Positions 1-11,025 are shown, counted from the stretch's first letter. The stretch: 64,000 nt of DNA from Marispirochaeta sp. (GCA_963676835.2 CAXXFF010000003.1:768001-832000); one strand, 5' to 3'. Made by a program: numbers and translations. The notes: a model not told the origin generated them from the sequence alone.

Positions 1-1238
1 GTAATCATTTCGAAAATGGTCTTATCCGCCTCAAGCACTTCCCGGGCCTGATCAACATGGGCAATCTTTACGGTTTCTCCGGTTTTTACCGTACCTTCAT
101 CGGGTGCTTCCTGACCGGTAAGCATGCGGAACAGGGTGGTTTTACCCGCACCGTTGGGGCCGATAATACCGATGATTGCTCCGGGAGGAATGGAAAAACT
201 CATATCATCCACAAGAATGCGGTCGTCGTAGGCCTTCTTTACCCCTTCAAGGTTGAAGACAATATCGCCCAGCCGCGGTCCCGGAGGAATATAGAGCTGA
301 AGCTCCTTCTGCTGCTCCTTGGTTTCCTGACTCAAAAGCTGTTCGTAATGATTTACACGGGCTTTACCCTTGGCGGCACGGCCCTTGGGGCTCATTTTAA
401 TCCACTCAAGCTCCCGCTGAAGGGTCTTCTGCCGGGCGCTCTCCTGCTTGTTCTCGTTGGCCATGCGGTTCTGCTTCTGCTCAAGCCAGGATGAGTAGTT
501 ACCCTTCCAGGGAATACCTTCGCCACGGTCGAGCTCCAGAATCCAGCCGGCAACGTTGTCCAGAAAATAACGGTCGTGGGTTACGGCAATTACCGTACCG
601 GGATAATCGTGCAGGTGGTGCTCAAGCCAGGCGACGGTTTCCGCATCCAGATGGTTGGTGGGCTCATCCAGGAGCAGAATATCCGGGCGCCTCAAAAGAA
701 GGCGGCACAGGGCAACCCGGCGCTTTTCTCCACCGGAGAGGGGCTCAATCTTCTGATCCGCCGGGGGACAGCGGAGGGCGTCCATGGCCATATCAAGCCG
801 GGAATCCAGGTCCCAGGCGTTGCTGTTATCAAGCTTCTCCTGCACCTCGCCCTGCCGCTCGAGGAGGTCGCTCATCTCATCGTCGCTCATCTCTTCGGCG
901 AACTTTGCGTTTATTTCATCGAACTCTTTCAGAAGGTCGACAGTCTCTTGTACCCCCTCTTCCACCACTTCCCGGACAGTTTTTTCCGGATCAAGCTGGG
1001 GCTCCTGCTCAAGGTAGCCCAGGGTATAGCCCTCGGAAATGACGGTTTCGCCGTTGAAGTCCTTATCCACACCGGCAAGAATCTTCAGCAGGGTACTCTT
1101 ACCCGAACCGTTAAGACCGAGAACGCCGATCTTGGCGCCGTAGAAGTAGGAAAGGGAAATATCTTTTAAAATGGGTTTCTTGTTGAAGCTCTTGGAAACC
1201 CGGACCATTGAATAGATGATTTTATTATCTTCTGCCAT
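1..1238 (-). CDS. ettA: Energy-dependent translational throttle ABC-F ATPase (3' end runs off window)
   Basis: Not in ORF track; manual minus-strand translation MAEDNKIIYSMVRVSKSFNKKPILKDISLSYFYGAKIGVLGLNGSGKSTLL..LSGGEKRRVALCRLLL..LLLDEPTNHLD..second Walker A GPNGAGKTT. Confidence 0.93.
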   Translation of the reverse strand, partial: MAEDNKIIYSMVRVSKSFNKKPILKDISLSYFYGAKIGVLGLNGSGKSTLLKILAGVDKDFNGETVISEGYTLGYLEQEPQLDPEKTVREVVEEGVQETVDLLKEFDEINAKFAEEMSDDEMSDLLERQGEVQEKLDNSNAWDLDSRLDMAMDALRCPPADQKIEPLSGGEKRRVALCRLLLRRPDILLLDEPTNHLDAETVAWLEHHLHDYPGTVIAVTHDRYFLDNVAGWILELDRGEGIPWKGNYSSWLEQKQNRMANENKQESARQKTLQRELEWIKMSPKGRAAKGKARVNHYEQLLSQETKEQQKELQLYIPPGPRLGDIVFNLEGVKKAYDDRILVDDMSFSIPPGAIIGIIGPNGAGKTTLFRMLTGQEAPDEGTVKTGETVKIAHVDQAREVLEADKTIFEMI

Positions 1239-1444
1239 GCCCGTAGTTTAGCCTATTGTCGGACCATAATCAATTGGAGTACCCCAGCCGGTAAAATCCG
1301 GAAAATGCACATTAATCTACCTGACATACCGCCTACCCTTACGACTCGATCTTATTACCTTCTCTTTAAGCTCCGGGGGAAGTACATTTTACTAGGAGAT
1401 AAAAAGATTACAAGCATGATCAATAGAGACAAGAGGAGGCAGAT

Positions 1445-2215
1445 ATGGATTTGGGACTGAAAGGAAAGACAGCACTTGTTACCGGCGCCAGTGCAGGACT
1501 GGGGTTTGCCTCTGCAATGGCCCTGGCCGAAGAAGGAGCAAAGGTTTTTATCGCCTCCCGGGACCGTAAGCGTATCGACAGCGCCGCCCTTGCGATTGAA
1601 CAGAAAACAGGGGGAACCGTTATTCCCTGTACAGCAGACCTGAATGTAGACGAAGACATAGCGGAACTGATTCTTAAGGTTGAAGAAGTGGATATTCTTG
1701 TCAGCAACACCGGAGGCCCCCCGGCGGGCGAGCTTGATCACTTCGATACCCCCGTATGGAAGGAGCAGTACGAGGCAATCTTTGAAAGCGCCCTGAAGCT
1801 TTCAACCGCCTTTTCCTTAGGCATGCGCCACCGGGGATGGGGACGGATTATTTATATAACCTCCATAACCTCCTTAAGGCCCCGGCCGCGGATGGCCCTG
1901 AGCAATGCCCTCCGGGCAGGTATTTCCGGTCTGGCAAGTACCCAGGCCCTTGAATGGGGCCACGGGGGTGTTACGGTAAACTGCGTAGCCCCGGGACTGA
2001 TAGAAACCAACCGGCTGAGGGATTTATACGAAAAGGAAGCCTCAGAAAAAGGTTTAAGCCTAAGTGAAATCCTCTCGGAAAAAAGTGCTACCATACCGGT
2101 GGGAAGAATAGGACAACCCGCCGACCTGGGCAGCACTGTTGCATTTCTCTCCTCCGAGCAGGCGGGCTACCTGAACGGGCTGGTGCTGCCGGTGGATGGG
2201 GGGATGCATATTTAA
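1445..2215 (+). CDS. SDR family oxidoreductase (FabG-like)
   Basis: TGASAGLG Rossmann motif, NTGGPP, SNALRAG, PVGRIGQP; SD aggagg. Confidence 0.85.
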   Translation: MDLGLKGKTALVTGASAGLGFASAMALAEEGAKVFIASRDRKRIDSAALAIEQKTGGTVIPCTADLNVDEDIAELILKVEEVDILVSNTGGPPAGELDHFDTPVWKEQYEAIFESALKLSTAFSLGMRHRGWGRIIYITSITSLRPRPRMALSNALRAGISGLASTQALEWGHGGVTVNCVAPGLIETNRLRDLYEKEASEKGLSLSEILSEKSATIPVGRIGQPADLGSTVAFLSSEQAGYLNGLVLPVDGGMHI

Positions 2216-2292
2216 AGTAGCAGTAAACCAGATTCCGTGATATATTCTCCGGGAAGTTAAATTTTAAAATACTATTGAAGGATTGTCTTAAA

Positions 2293-3426
2293 ATGACCAA
2301 TTACTCTTCCCCTTATTACCATTTACTGGGTTACATACTGCTGATCATTTGTTTATCTGCCCTGCCCCTTAATGCTGACGAAGTAACTTTCTCAGGGATC
2401 GGACAATGCGCAGAAGAAGTATCGTCCCAAATTGCCGGATACTATCCGAATGCAATCCGCATAGGAATATTGCCGGTAAGCAACCTGACAGAAAAGGCAG
2501 AAAACAGTGCCCTCTGCACCGGAATAACCTCGTTACTCCATGAAAAGATCTCCGGCCATCAGACAATTACAGTTGTGGAACAGGAAAAGCTGGATAAGCT
2601 TCTTGAAGCAGTTGAGCTTCAGCTGACCGGACTTTACGATATGGACACCGTGGTTCAGGTAGGTAATCTTGCCGGGGCTCAGGCACTGCTGTACCCTGAG
2701 CTGATAGCCGCAGGAAATGCATTGAGGTTGAGCTACCGCCTGGTGGATCTGGAAACATCAGAAATACTGTTATCGTCCGGAGCGGATCTTTCCACAGGAG
2801 AGACAAACTCAATACTGAAAATGCTACAGGGACCAGCCTACAGGCTGCGGGCAGGTGTTTCCTATCAGCATATTCCGGCCATTTCGTCCCATACCCTGGG
2901 AGGTAACCTTGGATTCAACTATACAATCAACAACCTGCATCGACTGAGCCTGAATACCAACATCGGCTATACAGCCTTTTTTGCTTCAGGATTTGACAGC
3001 CCTGTCAGCAGCTTCAGCAATGCAAGCTATACCTATGAAATATTCTTTTATCCGAAATATATAGATTTTGACAGCGGTATCAGCTATGGATTAAAGATCT
3101 CAGCAGGTAAGTTCTGGAGTATTGTCCCGGAAATAGGAGCTGGATATATTTGTCTCGGGTACGACTCTCTCCTCGACTACTATAACTACGACACCACCAG
3201 CAGTGCATACAACCACAATTTCCGCTGGTATACATCACCCTATGGAGAAATTGCCGTCAGTTTTGAAAGTCAGGGAGCAGGTCCGACTGGATTTTTTGTG
3301 CGACCGGCATTCAGGTATTATCTGAATGAGTTTGAGAACAGCATTTCCTATGATGCCATGAGTGATACTATCAACGAACAACTCTGGGGATTTCAGATCT
3401 CCACAGGGATGACGTTTTACTTTTAG
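2293..3426 (+). CDS. Secreted protein: CsgG/FlgO-like N-domain plus C-terminal outer-membrane beta-barrel
   Basis: Signal peptide; TVVEQEKLDKLLEAVELQLTGL..VGNLAGAQALL..RLVDLETSEI; aromatic-rich strands ending TFYF; start may be 2275 or 2293. Confidence 0.6.
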   Translation: MTNYSSPYYHLLGYILLIICLSALPLNADEVTFSGIGQCAEEVSSQIAGYYPNAIRIGILPVSNLTEKAENSALCTGITSLLHEKISGHQTITVVEQEKLDKLLEAVELQLTGLYDMDTVVQVGNLAGAQALLYPELIAAGNALRLSYRLVDLETSEILLSSGADLSTGETNSILKMLQGPAYRLRAGVSYQHIPAISSHTLGGNLGFNYTINNLHRLSLNTNIGYTAFFASGFDSPVSSFSNASYTYEIFFYPKYIDFDSGISYGLKISAGKFWSIVPEIGAGYICLGYDSLLDYYNYDTTSSAYNHNFRWYTSPYGEIAVSFESQGAGPTGFFVRPAFRYYLNEFENSISYDAMSDTINEQLWGFQISTGMTFYF

Positions 3427-3544
3427 TATCCCCGAAGCCGGAGGTCAACGGGTGAGTTTAATAAGTCTCTGGCGAAAGGGTCCCAATAAATTATGACCAG
3501 GTGAAGGATCTACATGCATTTGAAACCCCAGGAATGATACAGCT

Positions 3545-4714
3545 CTACACCTGGGATTCTTCCAGAATTTCTCGCACTTCCGTTGAAGGAAGCACATGTA
3601 CTCCGTTTACGGTAAACTTTTCATTTCCGGCATACACAACATACAATCTGGTTGGAGCATCAAAGAGTGCCGCTGCAGTTTTCAGGTTATTTCCAAAACT
3701 GCTGTTCCATGTTTTAGAGGATTTTATTTCAACAAGCTTGAGAAGGCCTTTATCTTCTATCAGCAAATCGACCTCCATACCTTTCGAATCCCGGAGAAAA
3801 TATACCTTTGGTTCTTTACCCTGATGATAAAACTCTTTGAGAATATCGAGAATAACATAATTCTCAAAAATATTTCCCCGCAACGGATTTTGTACAAGCT
3901 GCCCACGGGTTTCTATGCCAAGCAGACTGCACAACAATCCGCTGTCTGTAAGGTAAGTCTTTGGCGATTTAACCAGACGTTTTTTCAGATTCCCATAGTA
4001 TGGGGGAAGTGTATATACCAGAAAAGAGGCTTCAAGAATGGAAATCCACTCTTTTATTGTGTGATGTGATACTCCGGAATCTGATGCTATGGAGTTATAA
4101 TTAACAAGCTGTCCGGTTCTTCCTGCTATCAGGCGGATAAAGGTGCGAAACTGGCGGGTATTTCGCAGTTCAATCAGCTGACTGATATCCCGCTCAAGAT
4201 AGGTCTGATAGTAATTGGGATAAAAAATTTCCGGCGGAACATCTTCAGTGTGAACAACCGGAAAAAAACCGGAGAAACAGAGCTCAAATGGATCCTTTTC
4301 TACGGTTCCCCCGGGGACTTCTGACTGTGAAAAAGGATATAGTTTGACCAGACCTGTTCTACCCGCAAGCGACTGTACAATAGACTGCTTCAAAAGCGGC
4401 TGATGCGAACCGGTAACAATAAAATCAGCCTTTTGTTTTCTTTCGTCCACAATTCCCTGAATATACGACAAAAGAGACGGTACTCTTTGAACTTCATCAA
4501 TAATAACCCTGGTACTGTAACGATCAAAAAAACCGTGAGGGTCAGTCTCCGCAAGCTCCCGCGTATCGGGATTTTCTAAAGTACAATACTGATAATCAGA
4601 AAAGCAGAACCGTGCCAGAGTAGTTTTTCCAGATTGACGCGGCCCGGTAATTGTAATAACCGGAAAGTAATTAGCGAGTTCAGAAATGTATCGGGCGGCT
4701 TTTCGTTTTACCAT
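3545..4714 (-). CDS. AAA_14 ATPase with DUF4143 (PD-(D/E)xK-like) domain
   Basis: GPRQSGKTT, IIDEVQR, KRLVKSPKTYLTDSGL, EVDLL..VEIKSS. Confidence 0.88.
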   Translation of the reverse strand: MVKRKAARYISELANYFPVITITGPRQSGKTTLARFCFSDYQYCTLENPDTRELAETDPHGFFDRYSTRVIIDEVQRVPSLLSYIQGIVDERKQKADFIVTGSHQPLLKQSIVQSLAGRTGLVKLYPFSQSEVPGGTVEKDPFELCFSGFFPVVHTEDVPPEIFYPNYYQTYLERDISQLIELRNTRQFRTFIRLIAGRTGQLVNYNSIASDSGVSHHTIKEWISILEASFLVYTLPPYYGNLKKRLVKSPKTYLTDSGLLCSLLGIETRGQLVQNPLRGNIFENYVILDILKEFYHQGKEPKVYFLRDSKGMEVDLLIEDKGLLKLVEIKSSKTWNSSFGNNLKTAAALFDAPTRLYVVYAGNEKFTVNGVHVLPSTEVREILEESQV

Positions 4715-4845
4715 ACCCTATACTACCACAGAACAAATTAGAAGTACAACTTCCAATCTGTTCCATTGAAATAGTACCAAGTACCAACCTGTACAAATAG
4801 TTCCCGTGAAAGTGTATACTAAACCTCAAAAGGAATAGAACATTT

Positions 4846-5571
4846 ATGAAACAGTCAGCAACAGTTCAATTAATCAAAGATTCTCTCGACAAACTCGCCG
4901 ATCCCGTAGAAGCCCCCAACAAGGCCCGCTTCTTTAAAACGGGAAAAGGTGAATACGGTGAAGGCGACAGCTTCATCGGCGTATCCGTTCCGGACCAGCG
5001 AAAAACAGCAAAGCAGTCTTACAGGCAGGCGGAGCTTCAGGATGTAGAAGAGCTGCTGGCTTCCCCTGTTCATGAACACCGGCTTACGGGGCTTTTGATT
5101 TTTGTTGAGAAATATAAGCGCCTTAAAACAGTGGAAGAGAAAAAAGCTTATGCCGACTTCTATCTGGCTCATACACGGGCGGTAAACAACTGGGACCTGG
5201 TAGATTCCTCGGCTCATTATACCCTGGGGGATTATCTTTGCGTAATCGGGGATTATTCGGTTCTACGGAAACTTGCCAATTCAAAAAACCTCTGGGAGCA
5301 GCGGATAGCCATGCTTTCCACCTTCGCATTTATAAAAGCGGGAGATTTTAAGCCTGCCTTCGAGATTGCGGATATGCTTATTTTTCATCCCCACGACCTT
5401 ATTCACAAGGCGGTAGGCTGGCTGATCAGAGAGGCTGGCAACCGGGACATGGTTGCAGAAGAGGAGTTTCTTAAAACCCGCTATAAAACCATGCCCCGGA
5501 CCATGCTGCGTTATGCCATAGAGAAATTTCCCGAGGGGCGCAGGCAGATGTATTTGAAGGGAGAAGCATAA
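4846..5571 (+). CDS. DNA alkylation repair protein (AlkD-like HEAT-repeat glycosylase)
   Basis: RFFKTGKGEYGEGD.FIGVSVP, NNWDLVDSSA, DLIHKAVGWLIRE, RTMLRYAIEKF. Confidence 0.88.
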   Translation: MKQSATVQLIKDSLDKLADPVEAPNKARFFKTGKGEYGEGDSFIGVSVPDQRKTAKQSYRQAELQDVEELLASPVHEHRLTGLLIFVEKYKRLKTVEEKKAYADFYLAHTRAVNNWDLVDSSAHYTLGDYLCVIGDYSVLRKLANSKNLWEQRIAMLSTFAFIKAGDFKPAFEIADMLIFHPHDLIHKAVGWLIREAGNRDMVAEEEFLKTRYKTMPRTMLRYAIEKFPEGRRQMYLKGEA

Positions 5572-5616
5572 AAGTATGTAAATATGCAATTCCATTTCAT
5601 ATTTACATACTTTTAT
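5568..5616. terminator. Perfect 19-bp AT-rich inverted repeat after alkD
   Basis: ataaaagtatgtaaatatg (5568-5586) / catatttacatacttttat (5598-5616). Confidence 0.55.
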
Positions 5617-5649
5617 TGACAGATCAGATCACATAGTGTAGTTTAAAAG

Positions 5650-6816
5650 GTGTACATCATATCAAGAACTGCAGAGTCGGAAATTCTGGAAAGACTTGAG
5701 ACAAGCCCGGTAACTGCCATAATCGGGCCTCGGCAATGCGGAAAATCTACCCTTGCAAAAAAAATACTGCAGAGCTTTCCTGACACAATATACCTTGATC
5801 TTGAACTTCCTTCGGATCTGCGAAAACTGACGGATGCGGAACAGTTCTTCTCCCTGAACAAAGATTCACTGATCTGTATAGACGAAATTCAACGTAAAAA
5901 GGATTTGTTCCCCTTACTCAGGGCTTTAATTGATAAAACCGGAAGATCAGGACAATTCCTTATACTGGGATCAGCAAGTCCTGAACTTCTCAGGCAAAGT
6001 TCCGAAACCCTGGCAGGACGAATAAGTTATTTCAGCTTAACACCTTTCAGAATCGATGAACTTGAGTATCAAAATATACCCAGCCATTGGCTCCGGGGAG
6101 GATTCCCCTTAAGTTATCTGGCCAGGGACGAGAAACAGAGCAGCCGATGGCGGATCGATTTTATTTCCACCTTTCTTGAGAAGGATGTACCGTCTCTGGG
6201 CTTTTCCCTTAATACCCAGACAATCAGCCGTTTATGGACAATGCTGGCCCATTCCACTGGACAGGTCAAAAACAGGGCGAAACTTGGTGAATCCCTGGGA
6301 ATAAGCGGCGCAACGGTTAAATCCTACTATGAAATACTGGAAAAAACCTTCATGGTAAGAATCCTCCAGCCATATCATTCATCTGTTAAAAAGCGCCTTA
6401 TCAAATCCCCAAAAATCTATATACGTGATACCGGCATTCTCCACAGTCTCCTCGATATCGATTCACACAACACTCTGATGGGGCATCCGATATTCGGGCA
6501 GTCATGGGAAAGTTATGCTCTTGAGCAGATAGTCTCTGCACTCCCGGAATGGACACCCTGGTTCTTTCGAACTTCCAACGGGTCCGAAATCGACTTGCTG
6601 CTTACCAGGGGAGTGGAAAAAGTTGCGGTGGAATTTAAGGCATCTGTGGCGCCTAAACTTGGTGCAGGATTTTTCAACTGCATGGAACTTCTCAATATTC
6701 AAAAGAGCTACGTAGTCTGCCCATTTCCCGAAAGCGAACTGTACCCATACCGCGGAAACGTAATGGTTGCTTCCCTGGACAAAATTCTTGAGGAAATTAA
6801 AAATATCAGCCTATAG
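5650..6816 (+). CDS. AAA_14 ATPase with DUF4143 domain (second paralog)
   Basis: GPRQCGKST, CIDEIQR, KRLIKSPKIYIRDTGI, EIDLL..VEFKAS. Confidence 0.88.
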   Translation: MYIISRTAESEILERLETSPVTAIIGPRQCGKSTLAKKILQSFPDTIYLDLELPSDLRKLTDAEQFFSLNKDSLICIDEIQRKKDLFPLLRALIDKTGRSGQFLILGSASPELLRQSSETLAGRISYFSLTPFRIDELEYQNIPSHWLRGGFPLSYLARDEKQSSRWRIDFISTFLEKDVPSLGFSLNTQTISRLWTMLAHSTGQVKNRAKLGESLGISGATVKSYYEILEKTFMVRILQPYHSSVKKRLIKSPKIYIRDTGILHSLLDIDSHNTLMGHPIFGQSWESYALEQIVSALPEWTPWFFRTSNGSEIDLLLTRGVEKVAVEFKASVAPKLGAGFFNCMELLNIQKSYVVCPFPESELYPYRGNVMVASLDKILEEIKNISL

Positions 6817-6916
6817 CTGTTGAAATTGCTGATTTGCTCATTTGCACATTTGTCACCCCCACGATCTTATTCACTAAGCGGTGGGCTGGATGATCCGGGA
6901 AGCGGGAAACCGGGAC

Positions 6917-7058
6917 GTGGTTTCGACTCCGCTCAACCACCGCGTATAGGACGCGAAATATTTATACCCACTATTCTATTGTTTTCATTTACTTCGGCGG
7001 GCAGTCCCTGCATGCATCCTGCCTTGTTCCAGCGGTGGTTGAGCGAAGCCGAAACTAC
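6917..7058. repeat. REP-like inverted repeat pair (27 bp, 24/27 match)
   Basis: gtggtttcgactccgctcaaccaccgc (6917-6943) vs gcggtggttgagcgaagccgaaactac (7032-7058). Confidence 0.7.
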
Positions 7059-7127
7059 CTTAATAAGAATAAGTCTGCACATATGAATCAGCATTTCACA
7101 TTTACATACTTTTCAGATCATGCCATT

Positions 7128-7167
7128 AAAAAAAACCGCCTCCGGGAACGAAGCCCCGAAGGCGGTT
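7128..7167 (-). terminator. Intrinsic terminator of the dehydrogenase operon
   Basis: aaccgcct..aggcggtt stem with an A8 run (U-tract on minus strand). Confidence 0.7.
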
Positions 7168-7194
7168 ACTATTAAACCAGAAAAGATTACGTAC

Positions 7195-9651
7195 TTACAC
7201 GCCTTCCCGGTTGCGGCGGATAATGTCGCCGGTGGTTGCAACTGTGGTGGGAGTGTGTCCTGCCAGGGGCAGAATCCGCTCGTGAACGGTGTCGATAAGC
7301 CACTCTTTCTGGGGGAAGAAGATCTCTTCCATTTCCGCAGCGGGGCTGATCCAGTTCCGGCTTCCCACAACCGCGGGAGGTGCATCCAGATAGTTGAACG
7401 CCAGACTTGTGAGGTTGCTTGCAACATTGTGCATGAAGCTTCCCCGTTCAACCGCATCACTGGCAAGAACAACCTTGCCGGTTTTCTTGATTGACTCAAC
7501 AATAGGTTCGTAGTTGAGGGGGTTGATGAAGCGAAGGTCCCATACTTCGGCAGAGATTCCGTACTTCGCCTCCAGCTCGGCAGCGGCGTCCATGGCCATA
7601 TAGAGAGCAGGTCCGGAAGTACAGATGGTAAGGTCAGTACCGCTTTTGCGCAGTGCAGGTTCGCCTTCGGGGATCTCGTAATACCCCTCGGGAACTCCCT
7701 CTTTCACAAACTCTTCGCCGATACCGTAGAGCTTCTGACTTTCGAAGAAGATAACCGGGTCGGTTCCGCTTAATGCCATGTTCAGCATGGCCTTCGCATC
7801 GTAGGGAGTTGCAGGGTACATAGCCTTCAGTCCGGGAATATGAGCGATCATACTGGTCCAGTCCTGAGAGTGCTGGGCACCGTATTTTGCTCCAACGGAA
7901 ACCCGCACGGTAAGGGGCATCTTGAGAATGCCGGCACTCATGGACTGCCACTTGGAAGCCTGGTTGAAGATTTCGTCTCCAGCACGGCCCATGAAGTCAC
8001 AGTACATCAGCTCGACTACCGCCCGTCCGCCGGAAAGAGCGTAACCTACACCGGCTCCAACGATGGCGCCCTCAGAAATAGGTGAGTTGAACAGTCTGTG
8101 GTAAGGCAGTGCTTCGGTAAGTCCGCGGTAAACGGCGAAAGCTCCGCCCCAGTCACGGTTTTCCTCTCCCCATGCAGCCATGGTGGGATCGATGGAGAAA
8201 CGGTGAAGCATTGCTTCAAACAGGGCATCCCGGTAGGCATAGATTTTTGCACCGGAAAGCTTCTTGCCGTTCTCGTCAAAACCGTAGCGGCTCTTTCTCT
8301 CAAAAGACTGAATGCGGGGATTCTCCGCGTAGGGAATCAGCATTTCGGGCTCACGGTCGTCGAACTTCTCAACCTTTTCGTTGGAGAACATAACAGACTC
8401 GATGAACTCACCGCCAACCCGGGGGCTTATATCCATATCAACTGCAAGTTCAACGATTGCTTTAACCTTCTCTTTAACTTCAGCCTGGACAGACTCGATA
8501 AAGCCCTTGTCAGCAGCCTTGTTATCCAGCAGGTAGGAACCGTATTCAGCGATACAGTCATTAGCTTCCCAGAGTTCAATCTCTTCCTTGGTCCGGTAAC
8601 TGGACGCATCGGAGGGGCTGTGACCGGAGATACGGTAGGTAATGGTATCCATAAGAACAGGACCGCGGCCCTCTTCCAGAATCTTCTTCTTACGCTCGAT
8701 GGCGTCTGCGACCGCAAGGGGATTGTAGCCGTCTACACGCTCGGAGTGCATGTTTTCGGGGTTTACACCGGCACCGACACGGGCAAGTACTTCGTAACCC
8801 ATGGTTTCACCGGCGGTCTGTCCACCCATACCGTAGAAGTTGTTGAAGAAGTTGATCAGTACGGGAGGTGCTCCGCCGATCTCCTTGTCCCAGAGGGTAC
8901 GGTACTGATCCATGGCGGCAAACATCATGCCTTCCCACACAGGACCGCATCCCATGGATGCATCACCGATATTTCCGATTACGATACCGGGTTTGCGGTT
9001 AACTCTCTTGTAGAGTGCAGCACCGACGCTGATGTCGCCGGAACCGCCGACCAGAGCGTTGTTGGGCATGGAACCGAAGGGGGTAAAGAAGGTGTGCATG
9101 GACCCGCCGAGGCCCTTGTTGAATCCATTCTCCTTGGCGAAGATCTCGGCAAGTGCTCCATAAAGAACAAACTTTTCAGCCAGTTCCTTAACAGAACCCT
9201 TGTGGTCTTTCTCGACTACCCGCAGGGTTGCTCCGCCCATGAAGCTTTCCATGATTTTAGTCAGCTCGGCATCGGGCAGTTTGTGTACCGCGGAGAAACA
9301 CTTGGCAAGGATTTCACCATGGGAACGGTGGGAACCGAAAAGCTGGTCCTCTACACCCAGGTTATAGCACTGTCCAACCGCTGCAGCTTCCTGCCCGATT
9401 GAAAGGTGAGCAGGTCCCTTGTGGTTGTATTCAATACCTGCGTAGCTTCCCATCTTCTTGAACTCGTCAAGCATGGTTTCAAACTCGCGGATAAAAAACA
9501 TATCCCGGTAGATGGTCTTGAGGCCATCTACGCCATACTTCTTTTTCTCTTTTTCGAAGTCGCTTGCATAAGCGTTTACGGGGATATCCTTGATTTTCAG
9601 CTTTGAAGGCTTACGGACAACCTTCGGATCAACGGTAATTGACTTAGGCAT
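7195..9651 (-). CDS. ThDP-dependent 2-oxoacid dehydrogenase E1, fused alpha/beta
   Basis: [25 protein letters not shown] ThDP motif, TYRISGHS; beta part [17 protein letters not shown]. Confidence 0.88.
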   Translation of the reverse strand: MPKSITVDPKVVRKPSKLKIKDIPVNAYASDFEKEKKKYGVDGLKTIYRDMFFIREFETMLDEFKKMGSYAGIEYNHKGPAHLSIGQEAAAVGQCYNLGVEDQLFGSHRSHGEILAKCFSAVHKLPDAELTKIMESFMGGATLRVVEKDHKGSVKELAEKFVLYGALAEIFAKENGFNKGLGGSMHTFFTPFGSMPNNALVGGSGDISVGAALYKRVNRKPGIVIGNIGDASMGCGPVWEGMMFAAMDQYRTLWDKEIGGAPPVLINFFNNFYGMGGQTAGETMGYEVLARVGAGVNPENMHSERVDGYNPLAVADAIERKKKILEEGRGPVLMDTITYRISGHSPSDASSYRTKEEIELWEANDCIAEYGSYLLDNKAADKGFIESVQAEVKEKVKAIVELAVDMDISPRVGGEFIESVMFSNEKVEKFDDREPEMLIPYAENPRIQSFERKSRYGFDENGKKLSGAKIYAYRDALFEAMLHRFSIDPTMAAWGEENRDWGGAFAVYRGLTEALPYHRLFNSPISEGAIVGAGVGYALSGGRAVVELMYCDFMGRAGDEIFNQASKWQSMSAGILKMPLTVRVSVGAKYGAQHSQDWTSMIAHIPGLKAMYPATPYDAKAMLNMALSGTDPVIFFESQKLYGIGEEFVKEGVPEGYYEIPEGEPALRKSGTDLTICTSGPALYMAMDAAAELEAKYGISAEVWDLRFINPLNYEPIVESIKKTGKVVLASDAVERGSFMHNVASNLTSLAFNYLDAPPAVVGSRNWISPAAEMEEIFFPQKEWLIDTVHERILPLAGHTPTTVATTGDIIRRNREGV

Positions 9652-9663
9652 TTAAGATGCTCC

Positions 9664-11004
9664 TTACTTGATTTCCCAGACAGCATCGCGGATAACTTCA
9701 GCAATGGCCGGATGGGGAAAGATAATTTCCTTGATTTCCTCTACCCGCAGTTCAGCCTCAATCATAGTGGCTACAGCGGGAATCATTTCGGAGGCGACGC
9801 CTCCCATGATATTTACACCCAGAAGCACGCCGGTTTCGGCATGAACCAGGACCTTACACATACCGGGCTCCCGTTTGCCGTACTCAGCAAGGAAACGGCC
9901 GTTGGATCGCATCTGCACGCTGGCGGTTTTTACGGGGATACCTTTGGCATTGGCTTCTTTCTCGGTAAGACCGCAGCCTGAAGCTTCCGGCAGAGTGTAG
10001 AGTGCCCAGGGAATAGCGTTGTAGCGCATTCTGTCCTCTTTTCCGAGGATAGTGTTTACCGCAACCTCCGCCATTCGGCTCGCGGAGTGGGCCAGCAGGC
10101 TGGTTCCGGTTACGTCTCCGGCGGCATATACGCCGGGAAGGTTGGTGCGCATCTTTTCGTCAACCTTGATTCCGGTGCGGCTAATATCAAGACCGGCTTC
10201 GGTAAATCCCTCGAGGTTGGGACGGCGGCCGACACTCATGAGTACCAGATCTGCCTCAACTTCCACAGACTTGCCGTCTTTTTCGTAGGTTACGCCTTTT
10301 TTGGAAATTCCCGTAACCTTTGCGGAAGTGACAAAGTTTACCCCGCCCAGGGCTTTGCGCATGGCCTTGGCAAACTCGTCGTCCATAAGGGGAAGGATCT
10401 CGTCCATCATCTCAACAACAGTTACCTCAACTCCCACGGATGAGAAATAGCAGGCAAACTCAACGCCGATTACACCGCCGCCGATTACTGCAAGCTTTTT
10501 CGGCAGCTTGTCGATAGCAAGGATTCCCCGGTTGGTAACCACATTGTCCCCGTCAAATCCGGGAATCGGGGGTACCGCTGCGGTGGATCCGGTAGCGATA
10601 AGAACGTTTTTACCCTTGTAGGTATTGCCGTCCACAGTGATGGAGCGGTCGGAGTTCATAACCGCAGAACCTTTTACAACCTCTACCTTGTTCTTCTTCA
10701 TCAGGTAGGCGATTCCCGCTCTGAGAGTATCGATGGTCTCCTGCTTCCAGGCCATGGCGGTCTTTATGTCATATTTTGCACCACTGACAGTTACACCAAA
10801 GCGCTCGGACTCCAGGGAGTGAACATAGTGCTTGGCACCTGCCAGAAGGCTCTTGGTGGGGATACATCCGTAGTTGGTACACTCCCCGCCCATTTCATGT
10901 TTTTCTATTAGAAGGACCTTCAGCCCCTCCGCACCGGCACGTTCGGCGGCAATGTATCCGCCGGGGCCGGCTCCGATTACGATTAAATCAAAATCCTGGC
11001 TCAT
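9664..11004 (-). CDS. lpdA: Dihydrolipoyl dehydrogenase (E3)
   Basis: GAGPGGY, GGECTNYGCIPTK, GGGVIGVE, FPHPAIAE. Confidence 0.93.
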   Translation of the reverse strand: MSQDFDLIVIGAGPGGYIAAERAGAEGLKVLLIEKHEMGGECTNYGCIPTKSLLAGAKHYVHSLESERFGVTVSGAKYDIKTAMAWKQETIDTLRAGIAYLMKKNKVEVVKGSAVMNSDRSITVDGNTYKGKNVLIATGSTAAVPPIPGFDGDNVVTNRGILAIDKLPKKLAVIGGGVIGVEFACYFSSVGVEVTVVEMMDEILPLMDDEFAKAMRKALGGVNFVTSAKVTGISKKGVTYEKDGKSVEVEADLVLMSVGRRPNLEGFTEAGLDISRTGIKVDEKMRTNLPGVYAAGDVTGTSLLAHSASRMAEVAVNTILGKEDRMRYNAIPWALYTLPEASGCGLTEKEANAKGIPVKTASVQMRSNGRFLAEYGKREPGMCKVLVHAETGVLLGVNIMGGVASEMIPAVATMIEAELRVEEIKEIIFPHPAIAEVIRDAVWEIK

Positions 11005-11025
11005 TATTGAGTACTCCTCTTAGAA

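Noticed and set aside
57..1169. Plus-strand ORFs 57-494, 491-1042, 576-1169
   Set aside because: Antisense shadows of minus-strand ettA, which the track missed because it runs off the window
3427..7120. Integron cassette array
   Set aside because: No intI, genes in mixed orientation with their own promoters, no convincing attC R''/R' boxes
8098..9402. 434-aa plus-strand ORF
   Set aside because: Lies entirely antisense to the E1 gene with no recognisable motifs; codon-bias shadow
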